Shown one piece after another: positions 1 to 12,029 of a stretch of DNA of 64,000 nucleotides. The stretch comes from Epiperipatus broadwayi. Taxonomy: Eukaryota; Animalia; Onychophora. The notes beneath the pieces were generated by a model, which worked only from the letters and a program-made list of their open reading frames with translations, did no database searches and was not told the origin of the DNA. Position numbers and translations under genes: made by a program. The DNA lies in contig JAQFVV010000006.1 of the NCBI GenBank assembly GCA_028023455.1, positions 19,468,001 through 19,532,000 of the forward strand, given 5' to 3'. Positions within the stretch are counted from its first letter, which is position 1; each line of letters begins with the position of its first letter.

Positions 1-1620
1 AAGAGGGATGACATTATGAAATTGGTAGAAGATTTTTATCAAGAATTATATAGTAATAAAGAACAAGTATCTCCTATATCTATTACATCTTCCGAATTGC
101 CCAGAATTTTAAATGAAGAAGTGAGAAATGCAATTAAATGTATGAAAAAAGGAAAGGCTCCAGGTAATGATGGAATTATAATTGATATATTAAAAGAAGC
201 AGGTGAAGAAACAGAAAAAATATTAGCAAAGTTATATACCAAATGTCTAAATGATAAAGATGTACCGGATGATTGGAAGAATGCAGTAATAATATTAATA
301 TTTAAAAAAGGTGATAAAGAAGATATTAGAAATTACAGACCTATCAGCCTTTTATCAGTTTTATATAAAATTTTTACCAAGATAATTACAACTCGTCTAC
401 AGAGAACCTTGGATTTTCACCAACCAAGAGAACAAGCTGGATTTGAAAGTGGTTTTAGTACAGTAGATCATATTCAAGTATTGAGAGAAGTTATAGAAAG
501 GACAAATGAATATGAGTTGTCATTATGTTTTGGATTTGTAGATTATGAAAAGGCATTTGATTCTATAAACATTTCTTCAGTGATTAAAGCATTGGATCAT
601 CAAGGTATAGATCCAGGATATTGTCATATTTTAAAGAATATTTATAAAAATGCAACAGCAACAATTAGATTACATAATGATACTGGGAAAGTCAACATTG
701 AGAAAGGTGTAAGACAAGGTAGGTGACTCCATATCTCCAAAACTTTTTACAGCAGTGCTGCAAGAAGTATTTTGTGGATTAAAATGGGAAACTAAAGGAG
801 TGAAAGTAAATGGAGATTATTTAAGTCATTTAGATTTCGCAGATGATGTAGTTGTTTTTGCAAATAATGCTTCCGAGCTGCAGGAAATGTTGCAGGAGTT
901 ATCAGATGAAAGTAGGAAAGTAGGACTAAAGATAAATGTTAAAAAGACTAAAGTAATGTTTAATCGATTTGCTCCAAATATGAAAATAAAGATTGATTAT
1001 GATGAATTAGAAGAAGTTAAGAGTTACAAATATCTTGGTCAGATTATTAATACAGATGGAAACATAATAGAGGAAATTAATCATAGAATTAAACTTGGTT
1101 GGAGTGCTTTTGTTAGAAATAACTTGATATTAAAAGGAAATATGCCTATGTGTTTGAAAAGAAAGGTTTTTAACAAATGTGTTTTACCAGTTCTTACTTA
1201 TGGATCTGAGACTTGGACACTTAATAGAAGATCAATACAGAGACTTCAGACCACTCAAAGAAGTATGGAGAGATGTATGTTGGGAGTAACAAGAAGAGAT
1301 CGAAAACGCAATGTATGGGTAAGAGAACAAACAGGTGTTACTGACCTCATTGAAAAAATTAAAAGATTGAAGTGGAGTTGGGCTGGACATATTGCTAGAA
1401 GAGATGATAATAGATGGGCAATTGAAATTTTAAACTGGATTCCAAGAGATTGTAAAAGACCCAGAAGGAGACCACATGTAAGATGGATGGATGAAATAAG
1501 AAAATGTGTAGGGGTGATGTGGAGAAGAGAAGCTAATGATCGGAGAAGATGGATTAAACTTGGAGAGACCTTCATCCTGCAGTGGATTGATAATGGTTGA
1601 TAATGATGATGATGATGATG
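1..1620 (+). mobile_element. RTE-clade non-LTR retrotransposon, 3' half (continues past the left window edge)
   Basis: RT motifs [51 protein letters not shown] and YKYLGQ; RTE-type C-terminus KWSWAGHIARR..W; (GAT)n tail at 1601-1620. Confidence 0.95.
16..1600 (+). pseudogene. RTE reverse transcriptase ORF broken by a single 4-bp duplication
   Basis: ORFs 16..726 and 755..1600 join in frame ([21 protein letters not shown]) if one AGGT of the tandem AGGTAGGT at 717-724 is removed. Confidence 0.92.
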
Positions 1621-1980
1621 GGGAGGGAGATAATCTAGGTAGAAACATTTTAAAATTAAGTTTGACAGTGACTCCCTCCCCCCTCCCCCAAATAGCCAAA
1701 GCCCCAGCAAAAAAAAAAAGGACAAATCATAAGTACTGTTATATTCAAAATTACATCACATTTATATACCAGAATTTAAGCCTCTATTGCGCATGAATAT
1801 ATAATTATTGTTTTTTTTATTATTATTATTTTACATTCATATGACCAATCCAGATTAATCTTCCAAAATGTCAATTTATAGGGCATTATTAGATGGTCAT
1901 ATTAGTTATGAACTTTCTATCTTGGGGGGTGGGGGATTCAAAGATTGATTATGACTTGGTAAAAAAAATATCAAAGTTGA

Positions 1981-2039
1981 CCTGGCCAGATTCGAATCCT
2001 AAACCAGTACATCCAGTCGAATGCAAGCACTACGCTACA
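1981..2039 (-). other. tRNA-derived SINE-like head (remnant)
   Basis: Minus strand has A-box-like TAGCGTAGTG and B-box-like GGATTCGAATC at tRNA-like spacing; no full cloverleaf. Confidence 0.4.
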
Positions 2040-3213
2040 AGACTCTTTAAATATGACAAGTATATAGCTTACGTATTTATACGGGTTATATGACTCGTTA
2101 GATCAATAAACAAAAACAAAAATCTTTATATTTATCTAATTTAAATTATTATGTTTTTGTCACTGGAGGTCATTTAAATATGTGCATTTACACATACATA
2201 TGTTATAACGCTAAAGATTAGTTCAGTAAAGAAAAATAAATCACATTTAATTTAGTCACTCGGGATTATTATAAATAAATCACAATATTCTTTGCATTTA
2301 TTTAACTTTTTACATTACAATAAATATTTAATTTTAAAAAAAGTTTTTTAAAATACTGTAGTCAAAAAAAAATAATTAAAGACTTGTAGGAAACAAAAAA
2401 TGAAAATCTTTTGATTCTAGTCAATAAAGGATTAAATTTTAATTAACACAGGCAATGATTTCATACATTAAAATTCAAACAATGATTATTTATAGCATAA
2501 AAATATGGCACCATCTAAACTTAAAAAAAAAAAAAAGTAAATTTCAATGAGATGCACCCCAAGCAATGTTTTTGAAAATAAGTTATGACTGCCCCCCCCC
2601 CCCCCCCGCAATTATGAAAACTTTTAAAGTGAAACTATAAAAATATTTACATGTACATTGTGGATAGACATCTCTATTCATTTTAAAAAAAAAATGCTCC
2701 GAGAGCGACCTGCATCAATTTGTAGCAGAAAAGGTGCATACAAGACCCTTCGTTTTGTCAATATTTCTCAATTATATTTAAGTAGTTCTCATTATCAGGC
2801 GTTTTTAAACAAATACCAATAACATAGCATCAAACAAATGTAAATCAATAGTCATTTAGATAGAAGACAACAACAAAAATAAAGTTAGTATGGAAGAGGG
2901 AGATAAATATTACAGACAAGTATATGCTGCCCTCTTTTGGAATTTTTGAAAAACAATAAATAAATTAAACAACCAGTTTGTTTTGAAGAACCGAATTTTG
3001 AAATCGGTGACATATTATCAACACAATGCAAATTTAATTGTTGATAATTGAAAACTTCTTATTTTCAAAAGATATTAATGTATTTACGAATATTCAACGT
3101 CAACAATAACAAAAAAAAGTAAATTAAAGGTCAAACGCCTCTCAAATATTAATTATGAATTTTCTAGTGTTTTGAGGACTCCAATTGCAAAAGAAAATAT
3201 ATATATTATAAAC

Positions 3214-6200
3214 TATTATTATTATTTTCAACCATTATCGATCCATTGTAGAATAAAGACCTCGCCAAGATTAATTCAATTTATTTTATATAGTATTTTT
3301 CTCCAAACACTTTAGAAAATTCCTTATTTCATACAACATATACAATCTCTTTCTACGTCTTTTACAATTCTTTTTGATACATTTTAAGACTTCAACTGCC
3401 GATCTATTAACATCTCTTCTATAAATATGTGCAGCCGAGTTCCACTTCATTCTTTTAATTCTATCAATGATGCTGGTTTATTTTCTCATGCATACATTAT
3501 ACTCTTGATTCCTTTTTGAATCTCTCCTTATTTTGCTAAGTGATCTAAAGTTCCTGTATTGCATTTCTATTAAAAGTTCATTAAACTCCCTTTTCAAATA
3601 TATAAACAAAGTTCCTTTTAATATTATTTTTATCAAAAAGACTTCATTTAATTTTACTTCTATGATTAATTTCTTATCCATTAGTTTTCTATATGTATTT
3701 GTAGTTATTAGCTTTTTCCAACTTATGATTAGCATTTTTTTCTTATTTTTTTCCTGAGAAAATCTACTGATCGTAAGTTGTTTCTCTTGCAATATTTCTT
3801 AAAGGTCTGAAGCATTATTTGAAAAAACAATCACATTATCTTTAAAATCTACATGATATAAATAAAATCCATTTATATTTATTTCCTTCGTTTTCTATTT
3901 AGATTCCTAAAATACTTCTCTTAAAACTGATATTAAAAGTTTCCACATATAAAATCACCCTATTGTACATACTTATCAATGTTAATCTTCTTAGTCTAAA
4001 TGATATAATATAATCACAGTAATTGGATTTAGATAAAACTTATTCAGAATGTAATATCTCAAGTCAAAAATATAATAATACCCTGAATCATATCTTGTTG
4101 GTCCAAAGTAGTAATAACTGTGAAAATTCTTATTAATAATTTACAAATATTTTTCCATAATTTATAAATCCAAAGTATAATGACAACTTATTGTTCTTTC
4201 TATAATCTATCTCAATGTTTGGATGTACCCACTGTGCTAAAACCATTTTTAAATCCAGCATGGTTCTGTCAATGGTTTAAATCCAAAATTCACTGTAGAT
4301 GTGTTGGAATTAGTAAAGATTTTGTATGAAATAATAGAAGATTAATAAAATAAGTCTGCAATTTGTAATATCTTCATTTTTAAAAAAAAATATCAATATC
4401 ACTTTTCCAATTATCTGTCACATTTTTATTATTTAAATATTTGGAATATAGTTTAGATAACAAATGTTCTATTTCATCTGGTTTCTTTTAATTCCAATAT
4501 TTTCTTGAACTTTTCTCTTCTTACTAAATTTAACTGCATGTCTCACCTCTATTTAAAATGCTTGGCAATTTAAAAGATATACTAACTGTAGTAGATAATT
4601 TTTTTGTTTTTTATTACTCTACAATTCTTGTAGAACTCTTCTTCACATTTCAGGATATCATTCCTCTTTTTTAGTAATAATTCCATCTTTTCCTTTATTG
4701 CCACAATAACTTTCCTTTCAATTTCAAGATGTTTTATATTTCTGAAACTTTTATTCTCTTTTATAGCTTTAATTGCCAATTCAGAATTATATTTTCTTAT
4801 ATCGTTATTAACTTTTTTCATAATATTTTTACAGAATTCCAAATATCATTATTAATAATATTTTACAGAATTCCAGATAATTCGTTTTTCTTAATGGTTC
4901 ATTTTCAAATATTTGCAAAATCTTTTTTTTTTTTTCTAGTGAATTGTTTTTGTTGCAATTCTTAATAGAATATCAATTATTTTCTCACTGACATTCAAAG
5001 CCTGTTGTTATGTTAAAACAATTAAAAGCTTCCAATTTAAATTCATAGAAAGGTTTGAAGATTAGAAATGTCAACTGTTAATACTATTTTATTAATAATT
5101 TTTTGTCAGTCAAGTTTTGCATTAACACATATCTTACATCTCACTTAATATATGATCATTTTCTATGATTAAATCTAATAAGAACAATACAGTCTTGAAA
5201 TATAGATTTCTATTAGATAAAATATCCAATTTTGCTCTATCTTCATTTGGACTGCTTCCATGTTTAATTATATTTAGAATTTTTCTCAAGGTAAGAATTT
5301 GTAATATATAGGATTTTTTCCTTCATATTCAATAAGTTTGTATACTATCTCATTTCTAATCATATTTATCCATAGCATTGTCATATTTAACATCATGTTC
5401 CAATCCTAGCATTAATGTCTTCCATGACAGTTTTAAAGTGTTACCTAATCAAAAATATTTTTTTTACAACCATATAAAAATCTACTATTTCTTCACCACA
5501 ATGAAAACTTGTTGGGACATAATCCTGAATAATTTGCATTTGGTATTTTCTATTAAGTTGAATAAGTAATTTTACTATTGTCTGATATTCTATTAATCTC
5601 CATAATATTATTCTTCTAGTTTTAAATTTATAATGAATCATATCTGACTTGTGCTTCCAATGTTTGAGCCTATGTAGTAAAGCATATGCCTATTTTTAAA
5701 TCAGTTGACTCTTTATCTTTTCTTCTAACATTGCAAAGTCCAACAATGTCCTAATGTAATATAAGACAGCACCTCTTCCAATTCATAAAAGCTGCTTTCA
5801 TTTTTTTGAATGTGATCTACAGTTGTCAGTAACTAAATAAAAAATCATCATCAAATGGTAGCCTGGGTCCACAATTATAGAATTCTTTATCTTTGAACAT
5901 CAATTGCTGCCTTGGGACAACTTTACAATTTCCTGTCATAATTGTAAATATCTGTAGCAATATCTTTCACACATACATTCATTTTACTTTCACAAAAATA
6001 TGAACTATCTACTGAAAAAAAAGATCATAGTATTTCTTGATATGAAACTTAATGGTAAACATCTGCTGAAGTCACCAAAATGCATTTGACTCATTCAGGG
6101 TAATTGAAAAGCCCATTCATGTTTGTTTATTCAATACCCATGATAAGAACATACAGAGTGAATATTAGGAATTTTCCTACTGGCTCCATTAAAGCTTCAG

Positions 6201-6235
6201 GATCTCCTTTCAGTTAACAGCAAGTTCTCTTTTTA
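3214..6235 (-). mobile_element. Degenerate, internally deleted full-length RTE LINE
   Basis: 3' end matches 1561-1600 in reverse. Remnant peptides include IKRMKWNSAAH, NNDIRKYNSELAIKAIKENK and IIQDYVPTSFHCGEE (endonuclease). 5' UTR motifs (ttaactgaaaggaga, ttgtggacccaggct) are shared with 23950-24400. Confidence 0.8.
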
Positions 6236-8985
6236 CTGTAGAAAAAATTCCATTTTGCACTACAATAATTTAAGCATGAGTGAGAACAGTAAGTGACTTC
6301 TAAACTTATTTTTTTCCTGTGAACCTATATGGTCCATGCTAAATATAATTTATCATTTAAAAAATCTAAGTCATTATAATGTTGTGATATTACATAATAG
6401 ATTGTTGTTGTTTTTAAATATAGAGGTTGGATAAAACAACTAAGTATCTCTCACTAATATAATATAGGACTATTATGAACATGAGTAGAACTGTGTATCA
6501 TTTAAACTATAAAAGAAAGTCTAGAGTTCTCTGAACAATTATGGTTGTCAATATCAAATTCATTCTGTGTTCAAAAATAGACCAAAGGTTAATAACATCT
6601 AAATTAAATAATCGGAGATCCTTAAAAATGTTTAATACTCCGAAGTTGAGCATGTTGATGTATAACTCCATGCTTAGTGTGAATTCAAGCATCGACATCA
6701 TAAATGAAACAATTTTGTTTATGATGTTGTATAGCAAAATAAAAGCATTTTGCATTTTCAATTTATTTAATCATGTCCAACATTATTTGAAAGCATTCTA
6801 AACTATTTTTAGTTATAACACAAATAAAGTTAAGATAAATCATTAAAAAAAATTCTATTTATTTAAAAACTACCAGAAGAAATATAGAAATGAAATTGAG
6901 AAGACTTTTATCTATAAAAGTGTTATGGTTAAAAACAAAACATAACTAGAAAGATAAAGATTAAGTATGATTTTTATTATTGAATTACAAACTTTGGATT
7001 ACTTTGTGCATAATTACATATGTTAAAAAAATCATCACATTTTTTTCCTTATAAAAAATTGTTTACTAATATGATTCCTATAAATTATATAATCTAAAAC
7101 AATAAGAATATGTTTCAACCATATACTATAATCATCACCAATTATTTACATGCTTTTATCTAAACAATATAAAATAAAAATATATAAAAAAGCCAGAGTA
7201 TAGTTTTTAATAACTTATATTTTTTTCATCTTATAATCCGTATATAATTTTTAAGATAGAAAATTGTAAATCCTTGGCAGTGACTACAATATATGTTTGA
7301 AATAGAGAGTGCATTATTTTTACTGTTTTATAATATATAAATTATACAATTTGGGTTAAGAAAAAAGGTTTTTTAAAAACAGAAGATAAAGATTTTTTTT
7401 GATATATATATTTTTGCAAATAAGTTTTGAAAACTGCATTCTTTTGGAATGTAATTTGTCTGCATTAATTTGTTTCATATATTATATTATCTCATCTTGT
7501 ATATAATCCTGATAAACCTCCTTCTGAGCCATCCCTGCAATTAAAAACTATAAAAATGGGATGAACAAATGAAAAGAGATAGGAATACTGTGAAAAATGA
7601 ACTACTTTTTGAAAATTATTATTAACAATTTATGTTCCTAACATAAGTTAGATTAGCTAAGTTAGGCAACATTTTTTTTATATCTGTTAGTCTTGAAGCA
7701 AATCCAATTTGACAAATTTTATCAAAAACATGCAAATCAATAGTAAATAAAGTAAGGGTTCATCAAATTTTAGAAGAAAGTTATAAAACTGATATGTTAA
7801 TATAAAGAGAAGGGAAAACAATGCCAAATGATCATCAACAATGATTGAAAGCTATCCTGTATTGCTTAGTTACCTCTACTTACTTTCAGGCAAAGAATTT
7901 AACATTCACACACACAGTAAACGATACTAAACTGTGACTTTTAGTAACTTCAAATAATTCTATAACAACATGCAAAGTTTTCTTCTCAACTGAGAGAAGC
8001 AGTCATGGGTGATAACTTTGCAATCAGATGTAAACAAGATATGTCACTCCATAATTATGTTCCAAAGTCAAACATTATACTTCTCTTTTTGAGTATGTGA
8101 TGTAATTATCAATATAGATGTAGAGTGAGAGATATTTAATTGGGGAGAGGAAGCAAAGATTATTCCATGTTCAAATTTCTTGATATTGTTTATATATTAC
8201 TGCTAAAACCTAGCATAAAATCTGTTTTTTTTCTTTTTCTATAATATCAATAACTTCTGTCTGTTGAAAATTAATAATTGCCCAAAGCCATCCATATAAA
8301 TTTCACATTATCAAAACTAAAAAAAATATAAAATGCAGAGATATAAAAAATTATCTACTATTTTGCAATAGCATTTACTAACTAATTTAAAGATAAATTT
8401 GAACAGGATACACCATAATTTATGACAATCAAGACTGTATTAAAGCCCTATGTAGAATTGAACATTTGAAACTTTCTGCAAATTTTATCAATTACCAATG
8501 TATTCATGTACAGTTTAATTTTCGAAAATTATAAGATAGATCAAAAAATTTAGACTGTGGGCATATGATTTCATTAGTTAGGTATAAAAGTCGATCAATT
8601 TTTGATTCACTTAAAACTTCCTTCTAGTTAAATTACCTATCAAAAACAAAATTTTTAAAAAATTGTTCAACCTCACCTCCATAAATATGAAGCCTCTAAT
8701 TACCATTTTCCCCTAGGTACTGGAAAGACAACAGTTCTCCTACTTTTGGTCTCTGTTACTAACAGATTTATTATTCAGGTCAGATATTGGTATAGGAACC
8801 TATTTTTTGTAAATGAATTTCTTGATTAAAATAAATCTCAAAGCTCATCTATCAAAGATTTTCTGCCTCAAAAAATAAAATGTACAAATATTGATGTGAT
8901 TTGTTCATTATGTAGTAGGAAGGAGCCATTAAAACAATTTTAGTATGAGTATCCTTCTTTACAAACATATTGCAGCTTATCTCTT

Positions 8986-9609
8986 TTATTCATTATCATC
9001 ATCAACCATTATCAATCCACTGCAGGATGAAGGGCTCTCCAAGTTTAATCCATCTCCGATCTTTAGCTTCTCTTTTCCACAACACCCCTGCACATTTTCT
9101 TATTTCATCCATCCATCTCACATGTGGTCTCTTTTCTTTTACAATCTCTTGGAATCCAGTTTAAAATTTCAATTGTCCATCTATTATCATTTCTTCTAGC
9201 AATATGTCCAGCCCAACTCCATTTCAATCTTTATTTTTTTCAATAAGGTCAGTAACACCTGTTTGTTGTCTTACCCATACATTGCATTTTCGATCTCTTC
9301 TTGTTACTCCCAACATACATCTCTCCATACTCCTTTGAGTGGTCTGAAGTCTCTGTATTGCTCTTCTATTAAGTGTCCAAGTCTCATATCCATAAGTAAG
9401 AACTGGTAAAACACATTTGTTAAAAACCATTCTTTTCAAACACATAGGCATATTTCCTTTTAGTATCAAGTTATTTCTACCAAAAGCACTCCAACCAAGT
9501 TTAATTCTATGATTAATTTCCTCCATTATGTTTCCATCTGTATTAATAATCTGACCTAGGTAATGGTAACTGTTAACTTCTTCTAATTCTCTTTTATTAC
9601 CCATACTCA
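8986..9609 (-). mobile_element. 5'-truncated RTE LINE, relatively young
   Basis: ORF 9224..9610 closely matches the protein of 755..1600; (GAT/TGA)n tail near 8990-9003; candidate TSD TATCTCTT at 8978-8985 and 9610-9617. Confidence 0.92.
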
Positions 9610-10040
9610 TATCTCTTCTTTAACGGTCCTCATTGAAAAGATTTTTAAAAAAATTTCTAAGCACAAAAATGATCACTTAATTTTTTTTCAACCCTTGGTT
9701 TCTGAGATATCATTTTACTTTTATCCCTATATCTCAGAAACTGAAATCTTTTTTCCTTAATACCATAGTACTTCAAATATAAAATGCACTTTGTTCCAAA
9801 TTTTGGACCTGAAAAGAGGAGTGTATCTGAAAATGGAAATGAAATAAATTTTTAACATCTTATTTCTGCAGATCTTTACTCTATGCTATACATGCACATA
9901 GTATTATGATCATTGGCCTGTAAAGAATAGTATGTTAAATCTTTTTTAATCAAAGGAAAAAAGATTTAACATTACATGTCAATATTTTTTGGATTACTTT
10001 CATAAATGGCATTAACTCTCTCTCTCAAGCTGTTTTTATA

Positions 10041-10500
10041 TTACTTTGCCAAATTTCCTATTATTTTATTGAGAAAACTATACTGAATAACCTTTAGAAT
10101 TTTTTACAACTAATAAGTCAATATAACAATGAGATAAAAACCTGCCTTTCAAGGAGCTAACTGGTTGTTTCTAGTTCTCTACATAAGAGAGTGTATGCCA
10201 ATGATTTTGACAGTTCTGATATCTGTTTTGATTTTCAAAGTGAAAACATAGGTTTTAGAATCTTTTGTTATTTTGCTAATTTTACTATTATTTTACCGAG
10301 AAAACCATATTAAATATCTTTTAGAATTTTTTTTAGAATTAATAAATCAATATAACAATGAGATAAAAATCGGCTTTTCAAGGCACTGATTGGTTGTTTC
10401 TTGTTCTCTACACAAGATCATCATCTGTCAACAATTTTGACAGTTCCAATATCTTCATTTTATTTTTGAAGTGAAAACATGTTTTATAATCTTTTTTTAA
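10041..10500. repeat. Diverged tandem duplication, unit about 230 bp
   Basis: Landmarks such as caatataacaatgagataaaaa, ttggttgtttct.gttctctaca and gtgaaaacat recur about 229 bp apart. Confidence 0.8.
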
Positions 10501-10929
10501 CACATATAGTTGCAAATTGTAATTGAATGGAAAAACTAATCTCAATAACAAAAATAATTTTATGTTGACCACTATGGATTATTTTTGCCAATTATAAAGA
10601 AAAATTTATTTTTAAAAAACTTTCATTTAGTTTAATAATCTGTCAAATTATTATTTGCATTTTAGAAAAGATTTTTAATCAAAAGAACAAAGATTTATCA
10701 GTAACATTAAGTGTAAATGCTGTATTTTAAAAAAAAAAGTTCTCTTAGAAACAAAAAATGTTATGGTATTTATATTAAAAAAAAAGACTCTGTAATGCAA
10801 ACAATATACATATAATTTTAAGGGGGTTTACAGTCTTGGAAAAAATATACCTGAAAAAATTATCAAAAAGAACTCTTTAAATGCTGCATTGCTCCACCAT
10901 ATTTATTATATGAAAACGATGTTAATTTC

Positions 10930-11330
10930 TTTATCAGTCCCTTTCTTTTCTTTGCTTCATTTATCTTTTTTTTCTCCCATTAAATCCAACAAATTTCTCT
11001 GATTACTTAAAATGATTCCCAAATAATTATACCTATTCACTACATTCAACTTTATATCCCTCAGTAAAAATTATTTCTTTTCTCTTTCTTCAGCATTTAC
11101 CATCATTACTTTTGATTTTACTTCACTAAATTTAATCTCCATCTCTTTACACACCCTTGCATAGCATAACTTCCATATCTTCCCTACTTTCTGTGCACAA
11201 GATATCATCAGCAAATAAAGGATCTAATAATGTATACACTCTTTTGCTATCTATTAATGGTATCTTTATCCCTCTTTCTAGTCTTTCTATTGCTCTTTCC
11301 ATTATTATTGGAGAATTTAAATAAGTGCTG
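10930..11330 (-). mobile_element. RT fragment of a second LINE family
   Basis: Minus-strand remnant translations LFADDI, EIKFSEVKSKVM and YNYLGII. Confidence 0.7.
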
Positions 11331-11818
11331 ACACCTATAGTGATTTAATTTACTATGGTGTTGTCTTTTTTTTTTTTGTAATGCCCATCAATTCCTTTCT
11401 GTATACAGTGATTTTCCATTGCAGGAAGTAATCAAGTGGTTCATCAAATGAAAAATCATGTGACATTTTTGTGTCTTTACAGCTTGAGCTACTATCTATA
11501 AACCTCTTTACAACTGCCTTAACATATTGGACTTTCATTTTTGTGTGTTTAAAACATAATTAACAAATTTAAAAATATTGATTTCTTTTGGATGTCATTG
11601 TCTAGGCTCCAATAATATGACTATTCTTAACCTACACTAGATTTGATGGTTTTTCTCAAAGATTTATGGAAATGTCAACTTTCTATCCCATAATATTTAT
11701 CACTTCCACAATATATTGTATGCAAAAGAAAAATGTATCATTTATAGATATAATAAACATCTCTATACTTCTCCATTCTTTTTAAATACATATAAATAAA
11801 AATATAATAAAAGACAAA

Positions 11819-11873
11819 TGACCCCCAAGATGCATTTCATGCTGAACCAGAACTCTTCAGTTGGCTCAGGTCA
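11819..11873 (-). ncRNA. Minimal type-I hammerhead ribozyme motif (family A)
   Basis: Minus strand reads tgacc-tgag-ccaa CTGAAGA gttctg-gtt-cagcat GAAA tgca TC ttgg-g-ggtca. This gives an intact core, stem II, palindromic stem III and a bulged stem I. Confidence 0.75.
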
Positions 11874-11924
11874 CAATCTCTCATATACATCTTTATTATA
11901 TGCAAAGTATTTACCTAGAGTAAA

Positions 11925-12029
11925 TTGTTATATGTTCATTTACCATTGTCAAACTTCATCCACTCACAATGGATGGCGTCAAAGTTGTGAGTGGAAGAAG
12001 TTTGACAATGGTAAATGAAAATATAACAA
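11925..12029. repeat. Near-perfect long hairpin (about 44-bp arms, 15-nt loop)
   Basis: ttcatttaccattgtcaaacttc(a)tccactcacaa pairs with ttgtgagtgga(a)gaagtttgacaatggtaaatgaa; loop tggatggcgtcaaag; the stem extends outward with one more mismatch. Confidence 0.92.

Noticed and set aside
1255-1796. ORFs 1255..1725(-), 1430..1699(-) and 1536..1796(+), including a poly-His run
   Set aside because: Antisense or off-frame readings of the RTE 3' end and its (GAT)n tail.
1666-2617. C/G-rich tracts (1666-1689, about 1924-1936, 2602-2617) as G-quadruplex elements
   Set aside because: Simple homopolymeric runs with no supporting context.
6507-6801. Overlapping 84-86 aa ORFs
   Set aside because: No recognisable motif or splice signals; expected by chance.
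7440-7537. Possible terminal exon on the minus strand (DGSEGGLSGLYTR*)
   Set aside because: Acceptor is plausible, but the frame is ambiguous and no partner exon could be supported.
9698-9741. 13-bp inverted repeat gtttctgagatat / atatctcagaaac
   Set aside because: Probably an internal palindrome of a decayed DNA-transposon fragment; no termini found.
11353-11538. 61-aa minus-strand ORF near the hammerhead
   Set aside because: No GIY-YIG, RT or other motif recognised.
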